A DNA stretch of 48,301 nt, from sequence record OL539447.1, one strand, 5' to 3'. The notes below the pieces were generated by a model, which saw only the letters and a list, made by a program, of their open reading frames with translations, did no database searches and was not told the DNA's origin. This DNA comes from Escherichia phage vB_ EcoD_Phleasolo. This document shows positions 1 to 9,924 of this stretch, one piece after another; the first letter of the stretch is position 1; each line of letters begins with the position of its first letter. The position numbers were made by a program, and so were the translations under genes.

Positions 1-3
1 GCT

Positions 4-519
4 ATGTCAGAAGAGAAAAAGATTCACCAGAAGATAGGGAACTTCAAGGAGCTCTATAATAAGAAGTATGGCGACATTGCCAATCTGAAAATTAACCACA
101 AGTTCACGCCAGAGCAGGTGTTCGATTTGGCTGTTAAGTACTTCACGTGGGCAGAAGAACAAGCAATCAAAGCAATTGAGACGGCCAGCTTCCAGGGTAT
201 CGTAACTGAGAACCTTATTCACAAGCCGCGAGTATTTACGATAACTGGGTTCCAGCTGTTCTGCGGCGTAGGTCATAATGCTATCAGCAAGTGGCGCTCA
301 TCGCCTGGGTTCGATGAGGTCATGGAGTTCGTTGACTCGGTCATCTTTGAGCAGAAGTATCAGCTGGGTGTTAACAACATCGTCAACCCCGGACTGATTG
401 GCAAAGACCTTGGCATCGATAAGCCGCAAGAGGTTAACATCAACAATGCTTCTAATGCCGTGGTAAACGATGAGGAAGCAATGAAGGCCGCCCTGACTTC
501 GGTAATGGAAAAACTATGA
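4..519 (+). CDS. terminase small subunit (DNA-packaging protein)
   Basis: 171-aa ORF immediately upstream of the large terminase gene; assignment by size and position only. Confidence 0.5.
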   Translation: MSEEKKIHQKIGNFKELYNKKYGDIANLKINHKFTPEQVFDLAVKYFTWAEEQAIKAIETASFQGIVTENLIHKPRVFTITGFQLFCGVGHNAISKWRSSPGFDEVMEFVDSVIFEQKYQLGVNNIVNPGLIGKDLGIDKPQEVNINNASNAVVNDEEAMKAALTSVMEKL

Positions 520-616
520 AAATACTAAAATCTATACTGGCATACTACGTCCTTTCTTGCATGGCATTCACTAGCGGCTTTCTTATTGGTGTAATTATTG
601 GAGCAATAAAAAATCT

Positions 617-2185
617 ATGAATACATTAGCATGGGAGGAGATGACGCCAGCCGAAAAGCTGGCAGTTAAGGCGCTATCCACTCACAGCTTCGAGGCATTC
701 CTTCGCGTATGGTTCCAGTTATCGCAGGGTGAGAGATACATCCCTAACTGGCATCATAAATACCTTTGCCGAATCATTGACGAGGTTATTAGTGGGGAGC
801 GCAGGGATACCATCATTAACGTAGCTCCTGGGGCCGGTAAAACCGAGATTACATCTATTCACTTTCCGGTCTACTCAATGATCAGGCTACCAAAGGTTAG
901 GAACCTTAGCTTGTCATTCTCAGACAGTCTGGTGAAGCGTAACTCCAAGCGTGTTCGCGACCTAATCAAGTCCCCTGAGTTCCAGGAACTATGGCCTTGC
1001 AAGTTTGGCACGTGCAAGGATGATGAAATTCAGGTTCTTGATGAGAGTGGAAAGGTTAGATTCGAAGCTATATCGAAAGCAATTGGCGGTCAGATTACTG
1101 GTGCAAGGGGTGGATACATTACAGATAGCTACAGCGGCTGCTTGATGCTGGATGACCCCGACAAACCAGACGACATGCTCAGCAAGGTAAGGCGTGAGGC
1201 TGTGCACGTTTTACTCAAGAATACCATCCGCTCACGTAGGGCTAGTAGCGTTAAAGGTAAAGCTACGCCGATTCTGTCAATTCAGCAAAGGCTTCATACG
1301 CAGGATTCAACGTGGTTCATGACTTCTGGCGGTATGGGTATCGACTTTGATGTAGTGAAGATACCAGCGCTGGTTAATGAAGACTATGTGAACGAGCTTC
1401 CTGACTGGATTCGTGAGCAGTTCGAGAAGGACGTGCTTTCATCTGAATCAGTTGAGCGTGATGGGGTCAGGTACTATAGCTATTTCCCTCAAAAGGAATC
1501 CGTGCATGATTTGATGGCAATGTGGGAATCAGACCCGTACACATTCCTAAGCCAGTACCAACAATCACCAGTAGCTCTAGGTGGAAACCTGATCAACGTC
1601 GATTGGTTCGTAAGACTTGATGAGAATAACAGGCCGCCAGTCAAGTATGACTACCGATTCATTACTGCCGATACTGCCATGACTACGAAGAGTTATAGCG
1701 ACTACTCTGTGTTACAGCTGTGGGGTCGTAAGGGTAACAAGCTTTACCTTCTGGACATGGTAAGAGGTAAGTGGGAAGCGCCTGAGCTTGAGCAAACTCT
1801 TCTGGACTTTGAGAGTAAGCACAGAGCCACCAGTAAAGCGGACGGTATCTTACGCAAGGTTATTATCGAGAAAAAGGCATCTGGTATCGGTCTTATCCAG
1901 TCAGCGGGTCGGACGATGCGAACTCCTATCGAGCCTTTCGTTCCTGATACAGATAAGTTGACCAGGGTGATGAGCGCATTGCCACAAATTAAGGCGGGTA
2001 ACGTAATTCTGCCAGACTCTGCTCCATGGCTTACATCTTTGCTAACTGAGTTCTCAGCATTCACTGCTGATGATTCTCATCCCCATGATGACATTGTGGA
2101 TACCACAACGATGGCTATCAACTGTGAACTAAACTTAGCGGACGATCCAAGGGCTAGGTTGATGAGGTTAGCAGGTGTTAGATAG
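617..2185 (+). CDS. terminase large subunit
   Basis: 522 aa; Walker A-like VAPGAGKTE and Walker B-like CLMLDDPDKPDD in the N-terminal ATPase region, nuclease-sized C-terminal half; first large gene of the structural module. Confidence 0.85.
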   Translation: MNTLAWEEMTPAEKLAVKALSTHSFEAFLRVWFQLSQGERYIPNWHHKYLCRIIDEVISGERRDTIINVAPGAGKTEITSIHFPVYSMIRLPKVRNLSLSFSDSLVKRNSKRVRDLIKSPEFQELWPCKFGTCKDDEIQVLDESGKVRFEAISKAIGGQITGARGGYITDSYSGCLMLDDPDKPDDMLSKVRREAVHVLLKNTIRSRRASSVKGKATPILSIQQRLHTQDSTWFMTSGGMGIDFDVVKIPALVNEDYVNELPDWIREQFEKDVLSSESVERDGVRYYSYFPQKESVHDLMAMWESDPYTFLSQYQQSPVALGGNLINVDWFVRLDENNRPPVKYDYRFITADTAMTTKSYSDYSVLQLWGRKGNKLYLLDMVRGKWEAPELEQTLLDFESKHRATSKADGILRKVIIEKKASGIGLIQSAGRTMRTPIEPFVPDTDKLTRVMSALPQIKAGNVILPDSAPWLTSLLTEFSAFTADDSHPHDDIVDTTTMAINCELNLADDPRARLMRLAGVR

Positions 2186-2254
2186 CACGAATTGCTAAAG
2201 ACAATAGCCACGGATGGCATATAATTAACTCACTTAAACGAGAGGAGATAGTAA

Positions 2255-2611
2255 ATGTTTAAAGCTAAATTTGTAAATTACAAAACACCAGCATCTGGTT
2301 ATATTGGTATTTTCACTCCTGGTAGGGAGTACAAACTAGATGTCATTGAGAATGACAGATATTATAGAACATACGATGATTACGGCGTAGAGGTTAAGTT
2401 CAATTCACTTTTTTTAGATAATTATGTTTTTGAGCGAGTTTCAGATTCCGAGCTGTTTGACATGATTGAGGAGCCAGCAAGCCTAAAGTATTATATCAAT
2501 GGCAACTTGGTGCAAAAAAGCTACTTCTACGAGTTAATTGGCGAGCTAAATGAGGCTGATAGACTTGGCGCCAAAGTGTCTTCAGTCAAATTTGAAATCA
2601 AGTTCGAGTAA
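2255..2611 (+). CDS. hypothetical protein
   Basis: 118-aa ORF with SD-like GAGAGGAG upstream; followed by a terminator. Confidence 0.4.
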   Translation: MFKAKFVNYKTPASGYIGIFTPGREYKLDVIENDRYYRTYDDYGVEVKFNSLFLDNYVFERVSDSELFDMIEEPASLKYYINGNLVQKSYFYELIGELNEADRLGAKVSSVKFEIKFE

Positions 2612-2631
2612 TCAAAACTCTGTGATACACT

Positions 2632-2656
2632 AGCCCCTACTCAGGGGCTTTTTTAT
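2632..2656 (+). terminator. rho-independent terminator
   Basis: Hairpin AGCCCCT-ACTC-AGGGGCT followed by TTTTTT. Confidence 0.6.
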
Positions 2657-2668
2657 TGGAGAAATTAC

Positions 2669-3937
2669 ATGGTAAAAGCAGACAGCTACGCAAACATCTT
2701 TCTTAACGGGAGTGATGGTAGCGAGATTTACGGAAGGTTTGGCGGCCTTGGCTTAACAGCTCCAGCGCAGCTTGAGCAGCTTTACGTCAGTAGCGCACTG
2801 GTTCGTCGAATTATTGATATCGTGCCAGAGGTTGCACTTGGCGCTGGCTTTAACATTGAGGGTATCGACGATGAAGGTGCTTTCTGGTCGCGCTGGGATG
2901 ATTTAGACCTTTCAGATAGTGTAATCGACGCACTGGCGTGGGCAAGATTATACGGTGGAGCTGCTGTAGTGGCAATTGTCAAGGATGGCAGGGCGCTAAC
3001 TAGCCAGGTTAGGGAGGGAGCTGAACTTGAAACTATCCGCGTCTACGACCGACAGCAAATTAAGGTTCAGACTCGAGAGGAGAATCCACGTAACGCGCGA
3101 TTTGGAAAGCCAGTTACCTATCGCATTACGCCAAATGGTTCGGCCACATTCTACGACGTGCATTACACTCGCTGCCACATCATCGATGGCGAAAGGGTTC
3201 CGAACAACCTACGCCGCAACAACGATGGTTGGGGCGCAAGCGTGCTAACTGGTGACTTAATCGACGCGATTGACGACTATCAGAACTGTGAGAGACTGGC
3301 TACTCAGTTACTTCGTCGAAAGCAACAGGCTGTGTGGAAAGCGAAAGGTTTGGCTGATTTATGCGATGATTCTGATGGATTTGGTGCAGCTCGCTTACGC
3401 CTGGCGCAGGTTGATAATAACAGCGGCGTTGGTCAGGCTATTGGTATTGATGCAGAGAGTGAAGAATATGACGTTCTTAACTCTGACATTGGTGGTATTG
3501 ATGCATTCTTGAGCCAGAAGTTCGACAGAATCGTTGCCCTGAGCGGCATCCATGAAATCATTCTCAAGGCCAAGAATACTGGAGGTGTATCAGCTAGCCA
3601 AAACACAGCCCTTGAGACTTTCTATGGTTATGTTGACCGCAAGCGCAAGTCAGACCTGCTTCCTTTACTTGGTTTCCTGATTCAATTTATTGTCACTCAG
3701 GACGAATGGTCAGTTGAATTTAATCCACTATCTCAAGTTAGCGATAAAGATAAATCTGAGATTCTAGAGAAGAACGTTAACTCAGTTTCAGCTCTTGTTG
3801 CTGGTGGCGTGATGAATACTGATGAAGCCCGTGATACACTACGAGCTATTGCGCCAGAGGTTAAGCTGCAAGATGGTGATATTGAGCAAACCGCTCAGGG
3901 GAAAACAGTCGAGGAGGTAGTGATTAATGAAGAGTAA
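2669..3937 (+). CDS. portal protein
   Basis: 422-aa ORF directly after the terminase genes and before the scaffold-like gene; assigned by synteny and size. Confidence 0.55.
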   Translation: MVKADSYANIFLNGSDGSEIYGRFGGLGLTAPAQLEQLYVSSALVRRIIDIVPEVALGAGFNIEGIDDEGAFWSRWDDLDLSDSVIDALAWARLYGGAAVVAIVKDGRALTSQVREGAELETIRVYDRQQIKVQTREENPRNARFGKPVTYRITPNGSATFYDVHYTRCHIIDGERVPNNLRRNNDGWGASVLTGDLIDAIDDYQNCERLATQLLRRKQQAVWKAKGLADLCDDSDGFGAARLRLAQVDNNSGVGQAIGIDAESEEYDVLNSDIGGIDAFLSQKFDRIVALSGIHEIILKAKNTGGVSASQNTALETFYGYVDRKRKSDLLPLLGFLIQFIVTQDEWSVEFNPLSQVSDKDKSEILEKNVNSVSALVAGGVMNTDEARDTLRAIAPEVKLQDGDIEQTAQGKTVEEVVINEE

Positions 3938-5036
3938 AATGCGTTATGACAGCGCTAAAGTAAAAGCCCGTTTCGATGAGAACGGGTTTCTAGTGGACAC
4001 TCCAGTGGTTGCTCGTGTTGGTGTTCAAACATACTACATGCCAGATGGCTCAGAGCGCCGAGAGTTCCGACCAGCATCAGAGGTGTTTAAATCCGATTCC
4101 CTGCAAAGCTATCAGGGCAAGCCGCTTACGCTTGGTCATGTAGTTGTTAATTCAGATAACGCCAAGGATGTTGTAGTTGGAGCAGTATCTGGTGCAGCTA
4201 TGCGTCAGGATTCTACAGTTGTCGTTCCTCTAACAGTTTACGATAAGCAGGCAATAGAAAAGGCTAAGTCTGGCGTTGCTGGTGAGCTATCGGTTGGCTA
4301 TAACACTGTTGATATTGAGTCTCCTGGCTGGGGTAGTAACGAAACGGGTGAGTATAAGCTTGATGGAGAGTACGCAAGCCAGGATGATATCCCTGCTGAT
4401 TGGGTACGCTTTGATGCCCTGCAAACAAACATCGTTGTGAACCACATTGCTCTGGTATATAAAGGCCGCGCGCAAGTAGCTAAACTGAATCTGGACGCGG
4501 AACAGGAAAACCCGTATACTGATACCGTTCAATCAAATAAAGAGGATAAATTGATGATTAAGATTAAACTGGATGGCGAGCAGGAGTTCGAAATCGCCCC
4601 GGAAGTTGCTAAGCACATCGAAGCTGTTAAAGCTGATGCAGAACAGGCAAAAGCAAAAGCTGACACCCTTGAAGCTGAGCGTGACGCACTGAAAGCTAAA
4701 GTTGATGGCATTCCTGCTGAAATTGAATCTGCCGTAGCGAAAGCTAAAGCTGATGCTGACGAACTGGCCGCTCTGGTTGCTACCGCTGCAGAAGCTGGCG
4801 TTAAAGCTGATGGTATGGATGCTAAAGCAATCAAAGTTGCTTACGTTAAAGAAGTATCCGGCCTTGACGTTGCAGAGAAATCTGACGCATACATCGATGC
4901 GGCCTTTGATATCGCTAAAGATAGTGATAAAATGGCTGAAGTCCGCAAAGCAGTTGTTGCTGCGGATAAATCTGACGCTGCCGACGCGCCTAAGAAATTA
5001 GACCCGCGCGCTCGCCTCGCTAAATTGAAAAAATAA
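3927..5036 (+). CDS. head scaffolding / prohead maturation-like protein
   Basis: 369 aa; C-terminal half is an Ala/Lys/Glu-rich predicted coiled coil typical of scaffolding proteins; sits between portal and capsid genes. Confidence 0.4.
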   Translation: MKSKMRYDSAKVKARFDENGFLVDTPVVARVGVQTYYMPDGSERREFRPASEVFKSDSLQSYQGKPLTLGHVVVNSDNAKDVVVGAVSGAAMRQDSTVVVPLTVYDKQAIEKAKSGVAGELSVGYNTVDIESPGWGSNETGEYKLDGEYASQDDIPADWVRFDALQTNIVVNHIALVYKGRAQVAKLNLDAEQENPYTDTVQSNKEDKLMIKIKLDGEQEFEIAPEVAKHIEAVKADAEQAKAKADTLEAERDALKAKVDGIPAEIESAVAKAKADADELAALVATAAEAGVKADGMDAKAIKVAYVKEVSGLDVAEKSDAYIDAAFDIAKDSDKMAEVRKAVVAADKSDAADAPKKLDPRARLAKLKK

Positions 5037-5047
5037 GGAGTCTTAAT

Positions 5048-5518
5048 ATGGCAATTCGTCGTCAAGCTACTGCTGGTATGGTTGCAGATACCTCTCTGTA
5101 CAATATCGATGGTGCCTGTGTAATGTCTACCGGCGTAGTCCAGGGTGTCGGTTATGCTGTTGGTGTCGGTTCTGTTGATGCTGATGGTCACAAAGTTCTG
5201 ATTTCCGCTGTTGCTGATAACGTATACGGCGTCCTGGTGAAGTCACACTACGAAAGCCCGCGTGGTTCTTACGGTGGTGTTGTTGGTAACATTGATAACT
5301 TCCAGGTCGCAAACGTAATGACTCACGGTCGCATCTGGATGGTTACCGGCCTTCCTTCTGCTCCTGCATTTGGTAGTGCTGTTACCATTGATACTAATGG
5401 TTCCGCAACAAGCGGCGGCGCAGTCACTACCAACTGGACCTTCGCCGGTGGTTTCCAGGCAGCTGACACTGTGTCTGGCGAACCAGCACTGGTTGAAGTT
5501 CAGGTTATTCAGAAATAA
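5048..5518 (+). CDS. Gly/Val-rich capsid-associated protein (decoration-like)
   Basis: 156-aa ORF with AGGAG RBS in the head module; function inferred from position only. Confidence 0.3.
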   Translation: MAIRRQATAGMVADTSLYNIDGACVMSTGVVQGVGYAVGVGSVDADGHKVLISAVADNVYGVLVKSHYESPRGSYGGVVGNIDNFQVANVMTHGRIWMVTGLPSAPAFGSAVTIDTNGSATSGGAVTTNWTFAGGFQAADTVSGEPALVEVQVIQK

Positions 5519-5535
5519 TTAGCAAAGCTAAACTA

Positions 5536-5559
5536 AACCTCCTCCGGGAGGTTTTTTTA
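5536..5559 (+). terminator. rho-independent terminator
   Basis: ACCTCC-TCCG-GGAGGT hairpin plus T7 run; near-identical copies at 6900 and 12870. Confidence 0.7.
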
Positions 5560-5602
5560 TGCCTGTAAACTGGTACAATTAGTTTCACTTTAAATCGGAG
5601 GA

Positions 5603-6895
5603 ATGAAAATGGCTAGCTTCTTGGAATTGGTAAGAGATAACATTGATAAGGGTTTAGCGACAATGCAGCCCGTTCAGTTATCAACTGAGTTTACTGCAAT
5701 TAAAGAGATTAGGGTAGCAACATCAATCACCACGCCACAAACAATATCAAGGAGTGATGAAACAAAGCTAATGTATACAACTTACGGGCTTGCTAACGTA
5801 GCTGGTGGTTCATACACAGGACAATCGCCAAACGGAGTCCAGATGAAGGTTGAGTTTATGACTGACTCAACTTTGTTCGAAATCAAAACCATCGGCTCAA
5901 TCGGCACTTACTCAATTTTTATTGACGGCAAACTGGTAAATGCTGATGCATTCGCTACGCCAAATGGAGAGGCGGTGAGCTGGATGCAAGTTAAAGCTAA
6001 TGACGGAGTTATCAGCGGGAAACTTCGACACGTTGAAATCTACGGCATCAACTCAGCATTCGGAGCCTTCGTGTTTGGTGCTGGCGACACGGTTAGTCGT
6101 GAAATCTCAATCAAGCGCCCGCTTATTTATCAGATGGGTGATAGTTATACTTATGGAACTGGTGCTGGATTCAGGACTCAAGCTTACGGCTCATCTCCTG
6201 CCGTAAATGACTTCTATGCATTCACCAGGTCTCTTGGTTTTGATGGTATTGCTGAAGGAATTGGTGGATCAGGATGGAACTCAGCTGCCGGTCAGTATCC
6301 AATGTCTCGCGTGCAAACAAGGCTTGCAAAGCTAAATCGCAAGCCGTCAGTTATCTCCTGGGCGCTTGGATATAATGATGCCGCTGCCATCCTGACTGGA
6401 ACAAATAGCCAAAAGCTACTAGTTTCGATGGGTGAGTGTCTCGCTGAGACTAGGAAGGTTTATAGTGACGTTCCAATCATCCAGATTAGCAGCGCAACGC
6501 CGAAGGGAATTACCACTGGAATTCAGAAGGTAATTGATTTGGTTAATGGTTTTTGTTCTGATAACGACATTCCAGTAATTAACATAAGTAGCTATGTTAC
6601 TAATGCTAACTCGGCAATTTATACAGGAACAGACAACGTTCACCCGGGAACTCTTGGCCATGAGTTTAGGGGAATGGCAATGGCTCGCGAGGTTCTGCTT
6701 GCAGCCTCGGGTCAGAAATCACTAACAGTCCCAGTTACGCCGCGTGCATTTAACGTGGTAGCAAGGCTGACTAAAAGTTTTGGAGTTACAATCTTCTCTG
6801 GTGTAGTAAATGCTATTGATGAGAATGATGTTGCCGGACAGCTATACTTGCAGACTGGTGCTCGAGTGGAAATTCTCTCAGTATCTCGCGCCTAA
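5603..6895 (+). CDS. SGNH/GDSL hydrolase-domain protein (esterase/deacetylase-like)
   Basis: 430 aa; C-terminal domain carries a GDS block (YQMGDSYTYGTG) and a DxxH block (DNVHPGTLGH); own TGGTACAAT extended -10 and flanking terminators. Confidence 0.55.
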   Translation: MKMASFLELVRDNIDKGLATMQPVQLSTEFTAIKEIRVATSITTPQTISRSDETKLMYTTYGLANVAGGSYTGQSPNGVQMKVEFMTDSTLFEIKTIGSIGTYSIFIDGKLVNADAFATPNGEAVSWMQVKANDGVISGKLRHVEIYGINSAFGAFVFGAGDTVSREISIKRPLIYQMGDSYTYGTGAGFRTQAYGSSPAVNDFYAFTRSLGFDGIAEGIGGSGWNSAAGQYPMSRVQTRLAKLNRKPSVISWALGYNDAAAILTGTNSQKLLVSMGECLAETRKVYSDVPIIQISSATPKGITTGIQKVIDLVNGFCSDNDIPVINISSYVTNANSAIYTGTDNVHPGTLGHEFRGMAMAREVLLAASGQKSLTVPVTPRAFNVVARLTKSFGVTIFSGVVNAIDENDVAGQLYLQTGARVEILSVSRA

Positions 6896-6899
6896 TATC

Positions 6900-6923
6900 A
6901 AACCTCCTTCGGGAGGTTTTTTA
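6900..6923 (+). terminator. rho-independent terminator
   Basis: ACCTCC-TTCG-GGAGGT hairpin plus T run. Confidence 0.7.
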
Positions 6924-6976
6924 TTGCTCTTTTTCTGTTAGACTGTCAATGATTATTAACCAATCAGGAGATAAAG

Positions 6977-8488
6977 ATGGCTTACACAGAAATTGCTATG
7001 GCGGTAGGGAATTCACCTGAAATCTTAGCCAGGAACGTAAAAATGATGATGTCATCTGGATTTCAGCCATATGGTGACGTCCAGATGCTAAGCGGCACTC
7101 TCTTTGGCATGAAAATGGCCAAGGGAACAGCAAACAACGTTGAAGACTTTATGGTGACATCCGACACCACAGTTCAGGGATTGATTAACAGGGTTAACCG
7201 ATATCTTTTGCAGGGCTGGAAAAGGTTTGGCAATGCTCACTTTGAGGATGGAGCATATCTTTCAGCACTTGCGAAAGGTGATTTTGTAAGTGATGAAGAC
7301 GGAGGCTCAGGTGAAGCAGGCCCACAAGGTCCGATTGGTCCACAGGGTCCAGCAGGTCCCGCAGGCGCAGCTGGTCCGCAAGGTCCTCAAGGTCCAACTG
7401 GTGCAACTGGCCCAGCGGGTGCGGCAGGTGCTAAAGGTGACACTGGCCCACAAGGTCCGGCAGGTCCGCAAGGTCCTCAAGGTGAAACTGGCGAGGCTGG
7501 TCCATAGGGTCCTATCGGCCCAACGGGCGCCACAGGTCCGGCTGGCCCAAAAGGTGATAAAGGTGATGCAGGCCCAGTTGGCCCGGCAGGATTAACTTTC
7601 CGCGGGATGTACGACGCAGCTACTGCTTACGTTAAAGATGATGTGGTTACATTCAATAACTCTAGCTGGTTTGCTACCGCCGCTGTGACCGGAGAGAATC
7701 CAGATGTTAGCGATTCCTGGGAGTTGCTGGCCGCGCAGGGCGCTCCAGGTCCGCAAGGCGCAACTGGTCCAGCAGGCCCAACTGGCCCGGCAGGCCCTGC
7801 AGGTATTCAGGGACCTCAGGGAGAGAGAGGGCTTCATGGTGAGCAAGGTCCGTCAGGCCCGCAAGGCTTGCAAGGTGCAGCTGGTCCAGTTGGACCTCAA
7901 GGCCCAGCAGGTCCTCAGGGTGAGCGAGGAATACAGGGTCCGGTTGGCCCTCAAGGATTGCAGGGTGTAAAAGGTGATCCAGGCGTTAATTCTACATATA
8001 CACTACCTTTAAAAAACTACCTTGTAATAGCCCTTAATGAAGAGGAGGGGGCGAGGCAGACATTCAGGGTGCCAGAAGACAGTTCGGGAGCTGAAATAGC
8101 TTTTGTGGTCAGAAATAAAGATTCTTCAAACACTTCACCATCTGGAGTTTATGAGCTGGGATGTGGAGTGACTGGTACGGCTTCAATGCACTTTTCAGGT
8201 TGGATTATTAGTAACCTTAACCAACCAGATAAAATAAGATCAGCCTCTATGCTAATTGCTTCCATGACTAATAGTCAGCGATACTTTACGCAGTTAGCAA
8301 TAGGAACAAGGGGTGATCTTTTTAAAGGTTGCTTAACCAATCAGGAAACTGGTGAGCTATGGTACATTGAGGCTTTTGGTACCAAGCCAAGAGGGGCAGG
8401 GCAAACCGACTTAGGTAGACTCTCAGTTAAGATTGAGAAAAGAGTTGATACAGTAGTTGGAAGCTTAACAAAATTCCCAAGAGTTTAA
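6977..8488 (+). CDS. collagen-like (Gly-X-Y repeat) protein with a globular C-terminal domain, interrupted by an in-frame TAG at 7505-7507
   Basis: Two same-frame ORFs (6977-7507 and 7607-8488) separated only by one TAG; Gly-X-Y repeats (GPQGPAGP...) run through the stop in perfect register. Confidence 0.6.
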
Positions 8489-8528
8489 GCTTTGCTCAAG
8501 GATGAGCACCCATGCATTGATATAGCTA

Positions 8529-8556
8529 TTGTCCCAATCGAAATCTCGTGTATAAT
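8529..8556 (+). promoter_or_regulatory. sigma70-like promoter with extended -10 (TTGTCC-N16-TG-TATAAT)
   Basis: Hexamers read directly from sequence upstream of the capsid gene. Confidence 0.45.
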
Positions 8557-8594
8557 TGACACGTAAACTCATAAACAAAAGGATGCATCTTAAT

Positions 8595-9542
8595 ATGACT
8601 ATCAAACTTGACGCTTTCGAGCAAGAAAAGATTACTAACCACCTGCGCGCTATGGGTGTTGATAAGGCTGATGCGGCTGGTATCTGGACTGTTAAGCAGC
8701 TCACCGCAAGCCTGAATAAAGCTTACGAAACCGAGTACGACCAGAACTCCGTAGTAAATCTGTTCCCTGTAAGTAATGAAATCCCTGGCTACGCTAAATA
8801 TTTTGAGTATCCGGTATTTGATGGCGTAGGTATTGCTCAGATCGTAGCTGATTACACTGATGACCTGCCGCTGGTTGATGCCTTGGCAACTGAACGTCAG
8901 GGTAAAGTTTTCCGCTTCGGTAACGCTTTCCTGATTTCCATTGATGAAATTAAAGTTGGTCAAGCTACCGGTCAGTCTCTGTCTACTCGCAAGCAGTCTC
9001 TTGCTTTCGAAGCTCACGACAAGCTTCTTGATAAACTGGTGTGGTCCGGCTCTACTGCTCACGGCATCCCTAGCGTTTTCGACTACCCGAACATCAACAA
9101 CGTTGTTAGCGCTGGCTCATGGTCTCAGCCAACTACTGCGGTAAGTGATATTACAAGTCTCTTGGATATTATCGAGACTTCAACCAATGGTCAGCACCGT
9201 GCGACTCACCTGCTTCTGCCTACTACCGCTCGTCGTATCATGCAGAACCTGGTACCTGGCACTTCTGTTAGCTACGGTGAATTCTTCCGTCAGAACAATA
9301 GCGGCGTAACAGTTGAGTTCGTTCAGTACCTGAATGATTACAATGGTTCTGGCACCTCTGCAGCTATCGCTTATGAGAAAGACCCTAACAACATGGCAAT
9401 CGAGATTCCGGAAGCGACTAACGCACTGCCGGCTCAGCCGCGCGACTTGCACTTCCGTGTTCCGGTAACTTCTAAAGCAACTGGCTTGATCGTGTATCGT
9501 CCTTTGACCATGGCTGTAATGAAAGGCATCACCTTCGCGTAA
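8595..9542 (+). CDS. major capsid protein
   Basis: 315 aa from the ATG at 8595 (ORF track opens at 8556); strong promoter upstream and strong terminator downstream, central in the head module; start choice uncertain. Confidence 0.6.
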   Translation: MTIKLDAFEQEKITNHLRAMGVDKADAAGIWTVKQLTASLNKAYETEYDQNSVVNLFPVSNEIPGYAKYFEYPVFDGVGIAQIVADYTDDLPLVDALATERQGKVFRFGNAFLISIDEIKVGQATGQSLSTRKQSLAFEAHDKLLDKLVWSGSTAHGIPSVFDYPNINNVVSAGSWSQPTTAVSDITSLLDIIETSTNGQHRATHLLLPTTARRIMQNLVPGTSVSYGEFFRQNNSGVTVEFVQYLNDYNGSGTSAAIAYEKDPNNMAIEIPEATNALPAQPRDLHFRVPVTSKATGLIVYRPLTMAVMKGITFA

Positions 9543-9565
9543 TAGCAATTATTGCTTACCACTTG

Positions 9566-9590
9566 CCACCCTTCGGGGTGGTATTTTTGT
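9566..9590 (+). terminator. rho-independent terminator
   Basis: CCACCC-TTCG-GGGTGG hairpin plus T run immediately after the capsid gene. Confidence 0.7.
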
Positions 9591-9634
9591 TTATATGACT
9601 ATATAATCAAACAATCGAAACAAAGGAGGAAAGA

Positions 9635-9880
9635 ATGAAACTGTTACATAAAGGTGCTTGTGTTATCCGTCTTGGCGCAAAAGATTATCTTCCAGGCGAC
9701 ACCATCGAGGTTGAAGAGTTATCAGTTGGATTAAAGATTCTGGTAGCTGAAGGCAAGCTTGAGGTTGAGGATGACCACAAGGCAACTAAAGAAATCGAGC
9801 AGGAAGTTAAAGCCAAGGCTAAGCCGAAGAAGCAACCAAAGAGTATTGATGAAGCTGAGAATGGCGGCGACTACAAATAA
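9635..9880 (+). CDS. hypothetical head-associated protein (Lys-rich C-terminus)
   Basis: 81 aa; strong RBS AAAGGAGGAAAGA. Confidence 0.4.
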   Translation: MKLLHKGACVIRLGAKDYLPGDTIEVEELSVGLKILVAEGKLEVEDDHKATKEIEQEVKAKAKPKKQPKSIDEAENGGDYK

Positions 9881-9924
9881 ACCAAGAGGGCGCTTCGGCG
9901 TCCTTTATTGTATGGAGATATAAA

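Noticed and set aside
4287-5191. Minus-strand ORFs 4287-4532, 4529-4834 and 4841-5191, and plus-strand 4753-5001
   Set aside because: They are antisense or alternate-frame shadows of the Ala/Lys-rich scaffold gene and the following Gly/Val-rich gene, with no start signals.
7290-7970. ORFs 7290-7595 (+), 7704-7970 (+) and 7194-7406 (-) inside the collagen-like gene
   Set aside because: They are alternate-frame or antisense readings of the GC-rich Gly-X-Y repeat DNA, overlapping the clearly coding frame, with no RBS.
8526-9548. Minus-strand ORFs 8526-9062 and 9180-9548 overlapping the capsid gene
   Set aside because: They are antisense to a gene with a strong promoter, RBS and terminator; no independent expression signals.
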